DNA of 48,333 nucleotides, filler included, from Catajapyx aquilonaris (Eukaryota): NCBI GenBank assembly GCA_000934665.2. It is 2 parts of 2 records of this genome, joined end to end, with 100 filler letters (N's around TTAATTAATTAA, not from the genome) between each part and the next. Parts side by side here need not be neighbours in the genome. Positions count along the whole stretch, not along the records: positions 24,210 to 48,333 come from JYFJ02005570.1; 1 more part is not named here. One strand, 5' to 3'. Shown piece by piece: positions 46,807 to 48,333 of this stretch (position 1 is its first letter; each line of letters starts with the position of its first letter). The notes under the pieces were generated by a model. It saw only the letters and a program-made list of their open reading frames with translations, ran no database searches and was not told where the DNA came from. The position numbers and the translations under genes were made by a program.

Positions 46807-47125
46807 TTACTCACTCCCATTAATCAACCTATTCCATTCACACCTGTCTAAACAAACAACCTTATCCTCAGCCAAGTCCATGGTCCTATTGACACATGAA
46901 CGTCTTGGCTTAACACTAGCAACACCCTTAAGACACTGGCCCACCTGGTCCAACCATGTCTTCCTAGGCCTCCCCTTCCCCCTCTTACCAATGACTCCAC
47001 CCAAATGAACCTTCTTCACAATCTCCTCCTCCTCCTTCCTCTCCACATGGCCAAACCACCTTAGAGTAGACCTATACACCTTATCTTTAACAGTCTCCTT
47101 AACATTAAGGCATTTAGTTGCAGGA
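46807..47125 (-). mobile_element. 5'-truncated RTE-clade LINE, ORF C-terminus
   Basis: LRWFGHVER...GKRGKGRPRKTWLDQV is the typical post-RT tail of RTE elements. Confidence 0.8.
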
Positions 47126-48333
47126 TATGAACGGTGATAATCACTTCTGTGAAAGAGGTGACCTTGTAAATCCCAACAGTCGCGATTTTCACGCTCATAT
47201 CTTGCTACTTCGGCAACCATTGACCAATGTTTCTGGTGAAGGTCATTTTAATGGTTGCTCCCTCGACATTTCTTCCCTCTACATTTTCAACTTCTTTTGG
47301 CTCAAGGAATACTCTGACGGCCATTGGCTGGACTAGTAACAAACACCCTGTATAAGTAACATTTAAAAAAATTGACATACTCTTATTAAAACTCATATCC
47401 ACTATTGCAAAATTCAGATCTTACTGATCAAGCTCTTCAAGGCATCAGGTCAACCAACACATTCTGTGCCTTCATTGTTATCTGGAAAGGGTTACCATAT
47501 AAATTGAAGTAAGTCTAAAACATAAGTATTGATGATCTTAAAAGTTAGTTTTATTTGACACATTTGTTGCATTAATGGCCACTTGTTGGATACTTAAATT
47601 ACAATGCGAAAGTACCAAACTTTCATGCGGCAACAATATGAAAAGGAAGTGGGAGAAGATTGTTGATTCAATCCCATAACAACCAAGTGTTTGTTTTGAG
47701 GGTCCTGATCAGAGCAGCCATGCATAACAATAATGAGGTATTAGATCCAGTCATCAGGAGGCTGATCTACTCTTTTGAACTTATGCAACACATCACAAAA
47801 ATGTGCATGAATATGAGTCATGAGGTAACAAATCAGAAAAAAATTGTTTTGTCATCTGGCCAATTTTTATGATGAAATTCAGCAAGGAAGGTACATTTCT
47901 CTTTCAACTGCATCTGCTATAATCTCTCATTTTATAAATCGATATTTTAAGGTGGAGTTAATATTTTAAAGTTTGCCAGCAGTTTAATTTTTGTGAGTGT
48001 CACTTCCGGTGCAAACCTTTGTAGTCCAGTCACCTTGTGCATGGTGCAAAAGTTCAAAATAGTTCATCTGCCTCCTGTTGCAGGTATATATACAGTATAA
48101 ATATGATAAGTAACAATTTAGAACATTATTTATATGTGAATTAAGTGAAGTTTAAAGAAATGACATTATCTCAGTATATCCTCCTGAGGATAATTTCATT
48201 TTTATGTTGGTATGACAAGTACTACATGTTCCAGTAGCACAATTCAGTGTGGAGCTATAGCCAATGACATGTTTGGATGGCATTTTCACTCTCATCAACA
48301 CGGGCGTAGGTATAGATTTTCAATGGGGGGGGG

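Overview
This is eukaryotic, AT-rich, transposon-dense genomic DNA; the repeat families look arthropod/insect-like (inference). An artificial 100-bp spacer at 24110-24209 (Ns with an embedded TTAATTAATTAA) splits it, so the two halves may not be adjacent. Left half (1-24 kb): a head-to-tail array of at least five paralogous, apparently intronless STAND/NACHT-type genes or gene remnants. Two are intact (6481-12543 and 15673-21327). Their shared architecture is: 2A-like StopGo motif (G[D/G]VEINPGP), basic NLS-like patch, PD-(D/E)xK-like nuclease motif (FDDIVF...QAKH), a ~330-aa insert of three degenerate repeats, a NACHT NTPase, and a divergent non-LRR/non-ankyrin C-terminus. The 6481 copy also carries an OTU-like cysteine protease domain. 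The other copies are disrupted by a Helitron end, frameshifts, stops or deletions. Right half (24-48 kb): one spliced ankyrin-repeat gene among SINEs, mariner/Tc1 relics, many MITEs and foldback elements (including a 2.3-kb Transib-like element with a CACAGTG end and 5-bp TSD) and an RTE LINE 3' end. Most short ORFs in the track are spurious. All family assignments come from reading motifs by eye; no database search was run.
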